Assembly: GCA_963847445.1 (NCBI GenBank)
Contig: CAWJZV010000024.1
Span: forward strand, 128,001-192,000
DNA: 64,000 nt
Direction: 5' to 3'
DNA from: an uncultured delta proteobacterium
GTDB lineage: Bacteria > Desulfobacterota > Binatia > UBA9968
A program made the translations under genes and the position numbers. Shown piece after piece: positions 34,529-44,170 of this stretch; position 1 is the stretch's first letter, and every line of letters starts with the position of its first letter. The notes below the pieces were generated by a model. It did not search any database. It was given only the letters and a program-made list of their open reading frames with translations, and was not told where the DNA came from.

Positions 34529-35881
34529 TTAACCTCGGAGAATCTCCGTCAGCGATCTGACATTATCGACTTTTTCCAAACCCTCGATCAGCGCCAATGC
34601 GCGCTCAGCCGCGTCGGCGCTCAAGGTTTCGCGCGCGCACTCGGTAAACTTGCCTCTCAGCTCCGCTTCCGTCATGGGAAATTCCGGACTGCCTTTGGAG
34701 TGCTGTGCCTCGCGAATATAGGTCTGACCGCTTTTCGTGCGCAACGTCACCCGGCAGGGGCGGCCGCTCGGGTCGGTCTTTTTTAGATCATTGCCAAGAT
34801 GCATCTGCACTCTTTCCGCCAGTTTCAACACATTCGGTTCGCGCACGGCGGCGTCGGTGAATGCATGCAACGAAACCTTGCCGTCGATCAGCGCCCGCGC
34901 CACCAGATACGGCATGCAAAACTTGCCCTGGATGCTGGTTTGCGGCACTTTGAAAACGATGCGCTCGAAGGTGTGTTTGGCGACGTCGACATCGACGCTC
35001 TCGACCATCTCCGCAGTCAAGCCGTGTTTGGCTCTGAATTCCAATATCGAATCGATCGCCTGATGCGTAAGCCCGCCGCAAGGATAAGGCTTGATGCGAA
35101 TGCCGTCGCTGAGCAGCGCATAGGACCGGCCCAACTCTTCTATGGGCTTCTCGTCGATCGGCGCACCGGAATGAAGCACTTTGTAGAAGCCAAACCCCGA
35201 TTCGATCGCTTTACCGTTGGCGGTGAAGCCGGATTGCGCCAGCTTGGCCGCGAGCACGCCGTTGCGCGCGCCGAGGCCGACATGCAACGGCTTGGTCATG
35301 GTGCCAAAGTTGGCAACCACACCGCCGGCCATCGATGCCGACATGCCGAGCGCCATCTCAACTTGGCCGGCGTTGAGCCCGAGCAGCTTGCCGCATGCCG
35401 CCGCGGCGCCAAAGGAACCCAGCGTGCTCGGCGCGTGCCAACCGTCATGCTCGCTGTCGCGCAACGAGTGCACGAGCTTTGCCGTGACCTCATAGCCAAC
35501 CGCATAGGCTTCGATGATTTGCCGGCCGCTGGCGCCGAGCGCTTCTCCCAGCGCAAAGGTGGCGGGAATGATCGGCGCCGTCGGCTGGCCCATCAGGGTG
35601 AAGCTGTGATCGAAATCCATCGCGTGCGCCGCCGTGCCGTTCGCCAGCGCCGCGTTGAGCGCGGAAGATTTGAATCCTTGACCGATGACCGTGGTTTCTT
35701 CCTTGGCCTGTTCCTGGCGCGCGACCTCGGCGCAAATTTTCGCGTCCTCTTCCTTGCTGCCGGCAAGCGCCACACCGAGGCAATCGCGCACAGCGATCTT
35801 AGCGGTGGCAATCGCCGCCGCCGGTAGATTTTCATATTTCGCAGTCGCGACGAACTGCGCGATCTTTGCGGTTACGTCCAT
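34529..35881 (-). CDS. MmgE/PrpD family protein
   Basis: AALANGTAAHAMDFD, NFGTMTKPLHVG, IKPYPCG, GKFCMPY. Confidence 0.93.
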   Translation of the reverse strand: MDVTAKIAQFVATAKYENLPAAAIATAKIAVRDCLGVALAGSKEEDAKICAEVARQEQAKEETTVIGQGFKSSALNAALANGTAAHAMDFDHSFTLMGQPTAPIIPATFALGEALGASGRQIIEAYAVGYEVTAKLVHSLRDSEHDGWHAPSTLGSFGAAAACGKLLGLNAGQVEMALGMSASMAGGVVANFGTMTKPLHVGLGARNGVLAAKLAQSGFTANGKAIESGFGFYKVLHSGAPIDEKPIEELGRSYALLSDGIRIKPYPCGGLTHQAIDSILEFRAKHGLTAEMVESVDVDVAKHTFERIVFKVPQTSIQGKFCMPYLVARALIDGKVSLHAFTDAAVREPNVLKLAERVQMHLGNDLKKTDPSGRPCRVTLRTKSGQTYIREAQHSKGSPEFPMTEAELRGKFTECARETLSADAAERALALIEGLEKVDNVRSLTEILRG

Positions 35882-36113
35882 ATATATCTCCTCGCTGCTA
35901 TGGTAATTTCAGATTGCAAATATACCAATTCCGAATCGGCCAACGATGTTAATAACCGCATCAGAAGGGCAGCCACAAGCGGTTGCCCCTACAATTCCGA
36001 TTCCCTTTTGCGTTCTTTGCGGCCAATTCTCCGATTCCGAATCTTCTTTCTATGTGATCTATGTGCCCTTTGTGGTTAAAGCTCTTTTCCTCGTTGATTG
36101 CCGCTGTGCGGTA

Positions 36114-37169
36114 TTACCCCCCAAGTATCTTCTTCGCCTGCTCGACCACTTCCGGCGGCTGATTCAAAACTTCTTTGACCAACGCCTCCAAGTCTTCCCC
36201 CGCTGCATACTCCACCTCCATGCGCGCGCGTTTCGCTTCGGCCAACAGCTCGGAGTCCTTCAAGACGTTGCGAAAACTCTCGCGCAGCATTTTGACTCGA
36301 TCCGGAGGCGTTCCTGGCGTGACCAGCACCGGCCGGCCGAACTCGCCGCCGGATAACAGCGCCTGGGCGACGCGCCGCTTGGTGCTGGCAACTTTGAACT
36401 CATCCAAGATTTCGTAAATCGTCGGCGCCTCGGCGGCGCGCGGGTCGCGCTTGCGGCCGGATTGGAGCACATGGAAATCGAAACCTTTCTTATGCCAGGA
36501 ATTGAAAGGTTCCCGGCCAAAATGCGACGCCAGCGTGTGCGCCCGGCAAGCGATCTCGCCTTTTTCCACCGCCAAGTCGGCGTCGCTGCCACCTTGATAG
36601 CCTGACACCGAATTGATCTTCGCGCCCACGGTCAGCTCCAAGATCCGCGCGATGATGTAATCCGAGCTGGTGGTGCCGGAGCCGCCGCAACTGGGCGGCT
36701 GCTTAGCCCTGACGATATCGCCGACGGTTTTAAGTCCGGTATCGGCGCGCATGTAAAACATGATCGAATCCTGCGACGCCGAACCGAGCCAGTGAAACTT
36801 CCTGAGATCGAACTGCGCTTCCTTGCGGCCGATGAGCTGTTCGATGTAAATGCTGTTGTTCGGCAAGAGCACATGCAGGCCGTCCGGCTTGGCCACGCCG
36901 TAAACGTAGTTGGTCGCGCTGATCGAGCCGGCGCCGGGCATGTTGTGGACGATTACGTTGGGATTGCCCGGGATATACTTGCCCCAATAGCGGGCGATGA
37001 GCCGAGCCCAAGAATCGTAGAAATTTGCCGTCGCGGAGCCAACCACGAATCTGAGCGTCTTGCCTTTGTAAAATGACTCGCTCTGCGCTTCGGCAATCGC
37101 CAGCGGGAACAAGATCGCCGCAGCCAGCAACAAACAAATCTGAATGAGAGACAGTTTCGCTTTGGTCAT
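36114..37169 (-). CDS. Tripartite tricarboxylate transporter substrate-binding (Bug/TctC-like) protein
   Basis: FYKGKT, YIPGNPNVIVHNMPGAGS, AKPDGL, PGTPPDRVKMLR. Confidence 0.88.
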   Translation of the reverse strand: MTKAKLSLIQICLLLAAAILFPLAIAEAQSESFYKGKTLRFVVGSATANFYDSWARLIARYWGKYIPGNPNVIVHNMPGAGSISATNYVYGVAKPDGLHVLLPNNSIYIEQLIGRKEAQFDLRKFHWLGSASQDSIMFYMRADTGLKTVGDIVRAKQPPSCGGSGTTSSDYIIARILELTVGAKINSVSGYQGGSDADLAVEKGEIACRAHTLASHFGREPFNSWHKKGFDFHVLQSGRKRDPRAAEAPTIYEILDEFKVASTKRRVAQALLSGGEFGRPVLVTPGTPPDRVKMLRESFRNVLKDSELLAEAKRARMEVEYAAGEDLEALVKEVLNQPPEVVEQAKKILGG

Positions 37170-37308
37170 GGTGACATTCACTCCTGTGGTCCTTGGGCAC
37201 TCGCCGCTCCGCCACCCCAGGGCGTATGCCATACGCCCCTACAATCGGATTTCTTCCTTGGAATTTTTTGCGCTTTTTGCGCCCTTTGCGGTTAATTATC
37301 CCATGCCG

Positions 37309-37462
37309 AACTTCGTGTCCTTCGTACTACTATCCGTGATAGCCAAGAGGGCGGGTTTCAAACCCGCCCCTACGACTCCCGATATTTTTTGCGCTTTTTG
37401 CGTTCTTTGCGGCCATTCTTCTTTTCGGTTGCGGCGCAGCCGCGTTGTGATCTTCGTGGTGA
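37309..37462 (-). mobile_element. Nested element, copy 3 (short, carries a GTAG REP as cargo)
   Basis: Reverse strand: TCACCACGAAG..CGCGGCTGCGCCGCAACCGAA...TATCACGGATAGTAG-TACGAAGGACACGAAG. Confidence 0.68.
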
Positions 37463-37580
37463 GATCAACGCTTCTCGTCCTGCCACGACTTGATCATTGT
37501 CTCGAAAGCGCGAGCCTAGTCGATGTCGAATCAATCTGTCAACTCGACTGCGTCGACGCGCAAGCTTTTTCATGCTACCG

Positions 37581-39242
37581 ATGAGCGGACATCCGCCACC
37601 CATCATGGAAAAAGCATCCGCTCAACAATCCCGCGCCAGCGTCGCGCGCAACGCCGGCATCGTCAGCCTCGCGGTGATGGCGAGCCGCGTGTTGGGTCTC
37701 GCGCGCGATCAGATCTTCGCCGCGCTGTTCGGCGCCGGCTTGCAATACGACGCCTTTCTCACCGCCTTTCGCGTGCCCAACCTGCTGCGCGACCTGCTCG
37801 CCGAAGGGGCGCTGTCATCGGCGTTCGTCACCACCTTCACGCAGACGCTGCAACAAAAAGGCAAAGACGAAGCGATTCGGCTGTCCAACCGCGTCGCCAC
37901 GCTGATCGTCGCGTGCATCACGGCGGTTTCCATTATCGCTTGGATTTATACGCCGGAGATTGTCCGACTGCTCGCGCCGGGATTCTACGCTGTGCCGGGG
38001 AAAGCCGAGCTCACCATTGAATTGACGCGGGTCATGATGCCGTTTCTCTTGCTGATCGCCCTGGCGGCGCAAGCGATGGGCATGCTCAACGCGTTCAATA
38101 TTTACGGCATGCCGGCGCTGGCTTCGGCGTTTTTCAATCTTGGCTCGATCATCGGCGGCTTGCTACTGGGTTATCTCATCGGACCGGCCATCGGCTTGAG
38201 CCCCATCGCCGGCATGGCTTATGGCACCGTGATCGGCGGCTTTTTGCAGTTCGCCGTGCAATGGCCGAGCCTGCGCCGTTGCGGTATCGGCTACCGGGCC
38301 GATTGGAATGTGAACGACTCGGGCGTGCGGCAGATTCTTCGGCTCATGGGACCGGCGATCATCGGCGCCGCCGCCGTGCAGATCAATGTTTTCGTCAACA
38401 CCAGTTTCGCTTCGGCGATCGTCGATCCGGCCACCGGCGCGGTCGCCAACGGACCGGTGTCCTGGCTCAACTTCGCTTTTCGCTTCATGCAGTTTCCCAT
38501 CGGCGTGTTCGGCGTCGCCATCGCCACCGCCACCTTGCCGACGCTGTCGCGCAGCACGGCGAATCCCGACTACGGCGAGTTTCGCCAAACCCTGGCGCAC
38601 TCGCTGGCGCTGGTGTTTCTCCTATGCATCCCGTCGGCGGTCGGCCTGGCGGTGCTGGCGCAACCGATCGTCGCCCTGGTCTTCGAGCATGGCAAGTTCA
38701 CCGCCTTCGACACCGTTCAGACGGCCAACGCCTTGGCAGCCTACGCCGTCGGTCTGGCCGGCTACGGCGCCATCAAAGTGTTGTCACCGGCGTTCTACGC
38801 GCTCAACGACGCGCGCACGCCGATGCTGATCAGCCTGGGATCGATCGCAGTGAATTATGTCATGAACTCCTTGTTGGTCGGCCCCTTCGGCCACGTCGGT
38901 TTGGCATTTTCCACCTCGGCCGTGGCGTTGGTGAATTTTCTCTTGCTGGCGTTGTTAATGCGCCGCCGCTTGGGCCACTTGGCCGGCCGCAAGCTCGCTG
39001 TCACCGCCGTGAAAATCGCCCTCGCTTCAGCAGCGCTCGCCGTCGTCGCATGGATCGCCAATCAAAGCGCCGGCGCCTTGCCGTTGCATGGTTTGGCACT
39101 GGAGTTCAGCCGCGTCATCATAGCGATCGTCCTGGCCGCCGCGACCTTTTACGGCGTCTGCCGACTGCTGCGAGTGGACGAGTTGCAGGAAGCCATCGAC
39201 GCCATCGGTGGCAAATTAATCCGCCGACTGCGGCGCAAATAG
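37581..39242 (+). CDS. murJ: Lipid II flippase MurJ (start uncertain, 37581 or 37605)
   Basis: SRVLGLARD, AFRVPNLLRDLLAEGALSSAF, RFMQFPIGVFG, FYALNDARTP. Confidence 0.95.
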   Translation: MSGHPPPIMEKASAQQSRASVARNAGIVSLAVMASRVLGLARDQIFAALFGAGLQYDAFLTAFRVPNLLRDLLAEGALSSAFVTTFTQTLQQKGKDEAIRLSNRVATLIVACITAVSIIAWIYTPEIVRLLAPGFYAVPGKAELTIELTRVMMPFLLLIALAAQAMGMLNAFNIYGMPALASAFFNLGSIIGGLLLGYLIGPAIGLSPIAGMAYGTVIGGFLQFAVQWPSLRRCGIGYRADWNVNDSGVRQILRLMGPAIIGAAAVQINVFVNTSFASAIVDPATGAVANGPVSWLNFAFRFMQFPIGVFGVAIATATLPTLSRSTANPDYGEFRQTLAHSLALVFLLCIPSAVGLAVLAQPIVALVFEHGKFTAFDTVQTANALAAYAVGLAGYGAIKVLSPAFYALNDARTPMLISLGSIAVNYVMNSLLVGPFGHVGLAFSTSAVALVNFLLLALLMRRRLGHLAGRKLAVTAVKIALASAALAVVAWIANQSAGALPLHGLALEFSRVIIAIVLAAATFYGVCRLLRVDELQEAIDAIGGKLIRRLRRK

Positions 39243-39369
39243 ATTCGCATCCTTTAATAACTCCTGACTAACCGCGGCAATGCGGTTCGAACACGAGCAC
39301 GTCGTCAAAGCCGACCATTGACATCGTCGGCACCGCCATTTAACAATCCGCGCGAACAAAGGAGAGCTT

Positions 39370-39858
39370 ATGCCTAAAGTCACATCCCTCGGACATCTGG
39401 GTTTTCATGTGCGCGATATGGAACGCTCGGTGGCGTTCTACCGCGACATTCTCGGTTTAACCGTCAGCGACCGCAGCCCGCGCGGCGCCGTGTTCATGAC
39501 CAGCCAGGATCGCAGCGTCGAGCACCACGAGCTCTACCTGGCGCCGGGGCGCGACGACGACGGCAAGGTCAACGTCTTGCAGCAGATTTCCTTCCGCTGT
39601 CCGACGTTGAAGGATGTCAAGGATTTCTATCAACTATTCGTCGACAAGCAGGTGCCGATCAACCGCTGCGTCAGTCATGGCAACACCGTCAGCATCTACG
39701 CCAGCGACCCCGACGGCAACTCGGTGGAAGTCTACTGGCCGAGCGGCGTCGACGTGCCGCAACCCTTCGGCAAACCGATGGACTTGACCAAGAGCGAAGT
39801 GGAAATCCGCGAACAGCTCAATCAGATCCTTAGAGAATGGCAGAGCCAGGCGTCATAA
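39370..39858 (+). CDS. VOC (glyoxalase/dioxygenase) family protein
   Basis: LGHLGFHVRDMERSVAFYRDILGL, EHHEL, SIYASDPDGNSVEVY. Confidence 0.9.
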   Translation: MPKVTSLGHLGFHVRDMERSVAFYRDILGLTVSDRSPRGAVFMTSQDRSVEHHELYLAPGRDDDGKVNVLQQISFRCPTLKDVKDFYQLFVDKQVPINRCVSHGNTVSIYASDPDGNSVEVYWPSGVDVPQPFGKPMDLTKSEVEIREQLNQILREWQSQAS

Positions 39859-39915
39859 AAACCGTTTTCAATAATCATTGACCATCGGCGAGCCCAGGAG
39901 GCATTGGAGTTGTCT

Positions 39916-40485
39916 ATGCCACGTATTCCCTATGTCGACCCGGATAAAGTTACCGACCCAGAGATCAAAGGCTATCTGGAGCGCGCTCGCCGTGAAGGCA
40001 CGCCGCGCCCTGAAAGCCAGGCCGTGCGCGCCAACGTCCCCGAGGTCATCCGCGCGTTCTCGCAGGCGTGGGAACTCACGTTCCGCACCGGCGTCGTCGA
40101 CCACGCGCTCAAAGAGCTTTGCCGGGTTTACGTTTCGAAATCGATTGACTGTCAATATTGAGGCGTGCAGCGCTCCGTCCAGGCTGGACGGCAAGGACTT
40201 ATTGAAGCGAAGTACGATGAGTTGCTCAACTTTGCCGACTCGGACAAATTCACCGAGCGAGAAAAAGTCGCGCTAACCTACACCAGCGCGATCGCCTGGA
40301 ACTCAGACATCGCCGACGACGCGCTCTGGGCAAAATTGCACCGACATTTTTCGATCCCAGAGTTGGTCGAGCTCGGTTTTTTCATCGGCCTCACCCTCGG
40401 CCAACAGCGCTGGATCAAAACCCTCGGCATCGACCATGGCGCCGTGCTCGGCGATACCACAGCCGGTCTCGCGCCAACGAAATAA
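39916..40485 (+). CDS. AhpD/carboxymuconolactone decarboxylase-family selenoprotein (CxxU; UGA at 40159-40161)
   Basis: LKELCRVYVSKSIDCQY-U-GVQRS continues in frame into FTEREKVAL..LHRHFSIPELVELG; SECIS-like hairpin follows UGA. Confidence 0.87.
40175..40191 (+). promoter_or_regulatory. Bacterial SECIS-like element
   Basis: Perfect 7-bp stem CCGUCCA-GGC-UGGACGG, loop 20 nt after UGA. Confidence 0.75.
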
Positions 40486-40589
40486 GCGGAGAAAACATTC
40501 ATCTCGCCACGAATTGTCCAAGAACTGGCGCTCGCCTATAGAGCATGAAATTGGTTCGCAGTCCCTGAACATGCTCCCCTCCTCGATTC

Positions 40590-40723
40590 GTCATTCCCGC
40601 GCATGCCTGTCCTGAGCAAAGCCGAAGGGCGGGAATCCAGGTGACGGACAGAGTCCGTCATACCGTTGAAAAACGGTATCCAGGGGGATGATGAGTCTGG
40701 ATACCCGCTTTCGCGGGTATGAC
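40590..40723. repeat. Three-REP unit with 22-bp insertion
   Basis: Reverse homolog of 24763-24871 plus CTGTCCTGAGCAAAGCCGAAGG at 40607-40628. Confidence 0.78.
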
Positions 40724-40773
40724 GAAACCCGGGAGGCTCTTCGTTGTGCATATCATCCCCTCACATGTATTTT

Positions 40774-41065
40774 CGAAGGAGGACACGAAGGCGTCGGATA
40801 ACTAATATTTCGAACTTCGTGATCTTCGTACTACTATACTTGAAAGTTTGCGCGGCTCGCGCAAATTTTCGGTCATTGGGGATACTCGTACTGGGGAATT
40901 GACTCTCGCAAAGACGCAAACCTCGCCAAGTTCGGAAGGAAGATATGAATTAGCTTGAAGAATTTAGTCACCGTTATTTTTCGACCTTTGCGACCTTTTG
41001 CGTCTTTGCGAGAGATATTCCGAGTTTCGATTGCGGCTGTGCCGCGCTAGGCCCTTCGTGGTGAA
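40774..41065 (-). mobile_element. Nested element, copy 4
   Basis: Reverse complement aligns along most of its length with 34193-34488. Confidence 0.72.
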
Positions 41066-41138
41066 CACTTTATTTCTTATTTGGTTGCGGCTTCGCCACA
41101 CTGGGCTCGTCGTGGCGCACAACACAATCTGTTTCTGA

Positions 41139-42803
41139 CTAATTCCCGCCAAGCGCCGCGACTTCTTCGACGGCAAAAACCGCCAGCGCTTCGCGCCGGT
41201 TGCGCACGGTGAGTTCGTGGCGCGGCAGGCTGGCCGTGTTCAACCCCGACTGCTTGGCGACTTCTGCCGAGATCACCAACTGACAGTGAAACTCCTTGGT
41301 CGCATCTTGCAGCCGGCTGGCGACGTTGACCGTATCACCGATAGCGGTGACGTGGATCGTGTCGCCGTAGCCCATGCGCCCTACCACCGCCGGCCCGCAG
41401 TGAATGCCGATGCCGATGCGCAGTGGCGCGCTGAGTTCTTCTGCGAGTGCTCCGCTGAGTTCGTCGACCCGCTCAATCATCGCCTGGGCAGCGGCAAGCG
41501 CTTGGCGGCAGCCTTCTTCGGGTCCGCTTTCGACGCCGAACAGCGCCATCACGCCGTCACCGACGAATTTGTCGATCATGCCGCCGCTCGAGACGATCGC
41601 CGCACCGACGGCGGCGAAATAGCTGTTCAAGAAAAATACTAAATCGTAGGGCAGCTTGGTTTCGGCGATGCCGGTGAACGAGCGGATATCGGCGAACATT
41701 ACCGCGATCATGCGTTCCTGGCCGGCGAGGTAAGCCGGTTGGCCATAACCCTCGCTCGCCTGAGCATGCGGCGGCAGGAGCGGCGTCACCGTGAGATTAT
41801 TCGTCGGCCGCAGCTGGCAGGCCAGTCTAACATCGGGCGCGGCGCCGACGCGCCGCAATACCTTCAACTCGCCGGCAGCCGGCGGCGGCAAATTCGCTGC
41901 GCCAAGAGTGACCCGCACTCGGCAGGTTGAGCAGCGCCCGCGGCCGCCGCAAACCGAAGCATGGGGAATCGCCGCTAAACGGCTCGCTTCGAGGACGGAG
42001 AAATTGCGCGGCGCCTGCACCTCCCGGCCATTGGGATACGTAATGCGGATGCGGCTGCGCCGCTCGACCAAACTTCGCGCATACCCGCGCTAGCAGCGCC
42101 AAGACAATCGCCGCGCCGAAAGTGATCAGCACGCCGTCATAGATCTGGTACAACACCGCTCGCTGGCTGCGCGGCGGCACTTTCGCAGCCACGAGGAAAC
42201 GCTCGAGCCATTCCGGCTGGCGCGCGATCAGGTTGGACACTTCCCGACCGGCACCGACGAAACCCAACAGCCCGCACACTGGGATAAGCAACGCCAGAGG
42301 CGAGCAGGTATGGCGCGATGCGCGGATACCATTTCTTCAATCGCAGCCAATAGTGGCAGCCGATACAGCCATGGGTCCAGGCGATGACAATCAGGATCGC
42401 CTGCTTCAATCCATCCATCGGCGCAGCATGCCAGAGGGTCAAAACCATCAAAGTGTAGGAATCGTCGACGCCAAAAAATTCATGGTTGAGCCGGGTGCCG
42501 ACGATATGGATCGTCAGCAACAGCGGAATGGTCAAACCGAATAACAGTTGCAGCATCTCGGCCACCGGCATGCGCCAATGGCGCCGCTGGTACAGCGCCC
42601 AGATCGCCAAACCCAAGTGGGTCAATAACGCGCTGTAAAGCATCGCCGTGCCGACCGGATTGCGCCACAAGCAGCAAAAACCACCACCGCCCCCACTCCA
42701 TCGCCGCCAGCGAAATCAAGCCGAGCGCATGATTGAGCAAGTGCGTCGACAAATAGGTGAGCAGAATTAGCCCCGTAACCAAACGTGTGCGCCGAACGTT
42801 CAT
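41139..42803 (-). CDS. Membrane adenylate/guanylate cyclase with 2Fe-2S ferredoxin domain (frameshifts near 42670, 42295, 42075)
   Basis: THLLNHALGL TM region; HASVCGGRGRCSTCRV, RLACQ; FADIRSFT, DKFVGDG, IGDTVNVASRL. Confidence 0.88.
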
Positions 42804-43031
42804 GATTGCGCGCCAATCTACTACGACCGCGCCACCGCCGTCTATGCAACAACGCTGCAAGCCGAACAAGGTTATGATCCGAATTCCCGACGCCTCACCC
42901 CTTACCCCCCAGGCCTAGCTCCCATAGCCTTCCTCCTGTTGACTCCCTCCGCCAACTCGGCCTATTTATGGACGGTCAAGTTTTTCACCGCGTGCCGGAA
43001 CCGGCACGGGCTATTCGAAAGGAGCCAAATC

Positions 43032-44165
43032 ATGAGAGATGGATTTAAAATCATCGACGCCGACCGCCATGTGCTCGAGCCGTCGGATCTGTTCGCCAAA
43101 TATTTACCGGAAAAATTTCGCAGCCGGGTCGACATCCAGGGACCCAACCAGTCCTATCGTAGAGTAGACGGCGCGTTAATTTCCGACGCCGATCGGTTGC
43201 GCGACGCGACTAAACAAGAAGACTTCGGCTTTACCTTCGCCGCCTCGAAAAAATGGCGCGAGACCTTCGCCGATGCATTGGCGGCGAAATTCGACACCGC
43301 GTCCAACGTCCGCGACATGGACAAAGAAGGCGTCGACATCGGCGTCCTCTTCCCCACCGTCGGCCTGTACATCATGTGGCGTGACAATTTGGATCCCGAA
43401 CTCTCTGCCGCCATCTGCCGCGCCTATAACACCTGGATGTCGGACTATTGCAGCGCCAGCAACAAGCGCCTCTACGGCGTCGCCTTGATACCGCTACAAG
43501 ATCCGGTCCGCGCGGTGGAAGAATTGCAGCACGCCAAAAAGCTCGGCCTGGTCGGCATCTTCTGGCGGCCTAACAAAATCTGCGGCCGCACCCTATCGAG
43601 CCCCGACTACGATCCGATCTATGCGACCGCCGCCGACCTCGGCATGACCGTCTGCGTCCACGAAGGCGCGCGCACCGTGCTGGCGCAAGCCGGCTCGGAC
43701 CGCTACAGCGAGTTCGGCCGCCATGTCGCCTGCCATCCCTTGGAGCAGATGCTCGCCTGCTTGAATCTCTGCGCCGACGGCGTGCTGGAAAAATTTCCCA
43801 AGCTCAAGGTCGCCCATCTGGAATCGGGCTGCGGCTGGGTGCCGTTCTGGTTGGAGCGCATGGACGAGCATTGGGAACATGCCGGCCATGGCCAAGCCAA
43901 GACGACCAAAGAAAAACCGAGCTTCTACTTCAAGCGCCAATGCTGGACCAGCGCCGAAGCCGGCGAAGAGTTGGCGCCGGTTTTTGTCGAGCATGTCGGC
44001 GAGGATTACTTAATGGTCGCCACCGACTATCCGCACAGCGACTGCATCGGCAAATTCCCCGATCGCACCGTCGGCGATCTCACCACCAACAATCATCTCT
44101 CACAAGAAGCGCGCCGGAAAATTTTATGGGACAATCCGAAGCGCTTTTACGGACTGGAGGTTTGA
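43032..44165 (+). CDS. Amidohydrolase_2 family protein
   Basis: IIDADRHVLEP, DMDKEGVD, LESGCGW, TDYPHSD. Confidence 0.92.
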   Translation: MRDGFKIIDADRHVLEPSDLFAKYLPEKFRSRVDIQGPNQSYRRVDGALISDADRLRDATKQEDFGFTFAASKKWRETFADALAAKFDTASNVRDMDKEGVDIGVLFPTVGLYIMWRDNLDPELSAAICRAYNTWMSDYCSASNKRLYGVALIPLQDPVRAVEELQHAKKLGLVGIFWRPNKICGRTLSSPDYDPIYATAADLGMTVCVHEGARTVLAQAGSDRYSEFGRHVACHPLEQMLACLNLCADGVLEKFPKLKVAHLESGCGWVPFWLERMDEHWEHAGHGQAKTTKEKPSFYFKRQCWTSAEAGEELAPVFVEHVGEDYLMVATDYPHSDCIGKFPDRTVGDLTTNNHLSQEARRKILWDNPKRFYGLEV

Positions 44166-44170
44166 CTCAC

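Noticed and set aside
16939-41065. Recurrent short repeats as a possible CRISPR array
   Set aside because: The repeats are dispersed, inverted and degenerate, with no regular repeat-spacer period and no cas genes.
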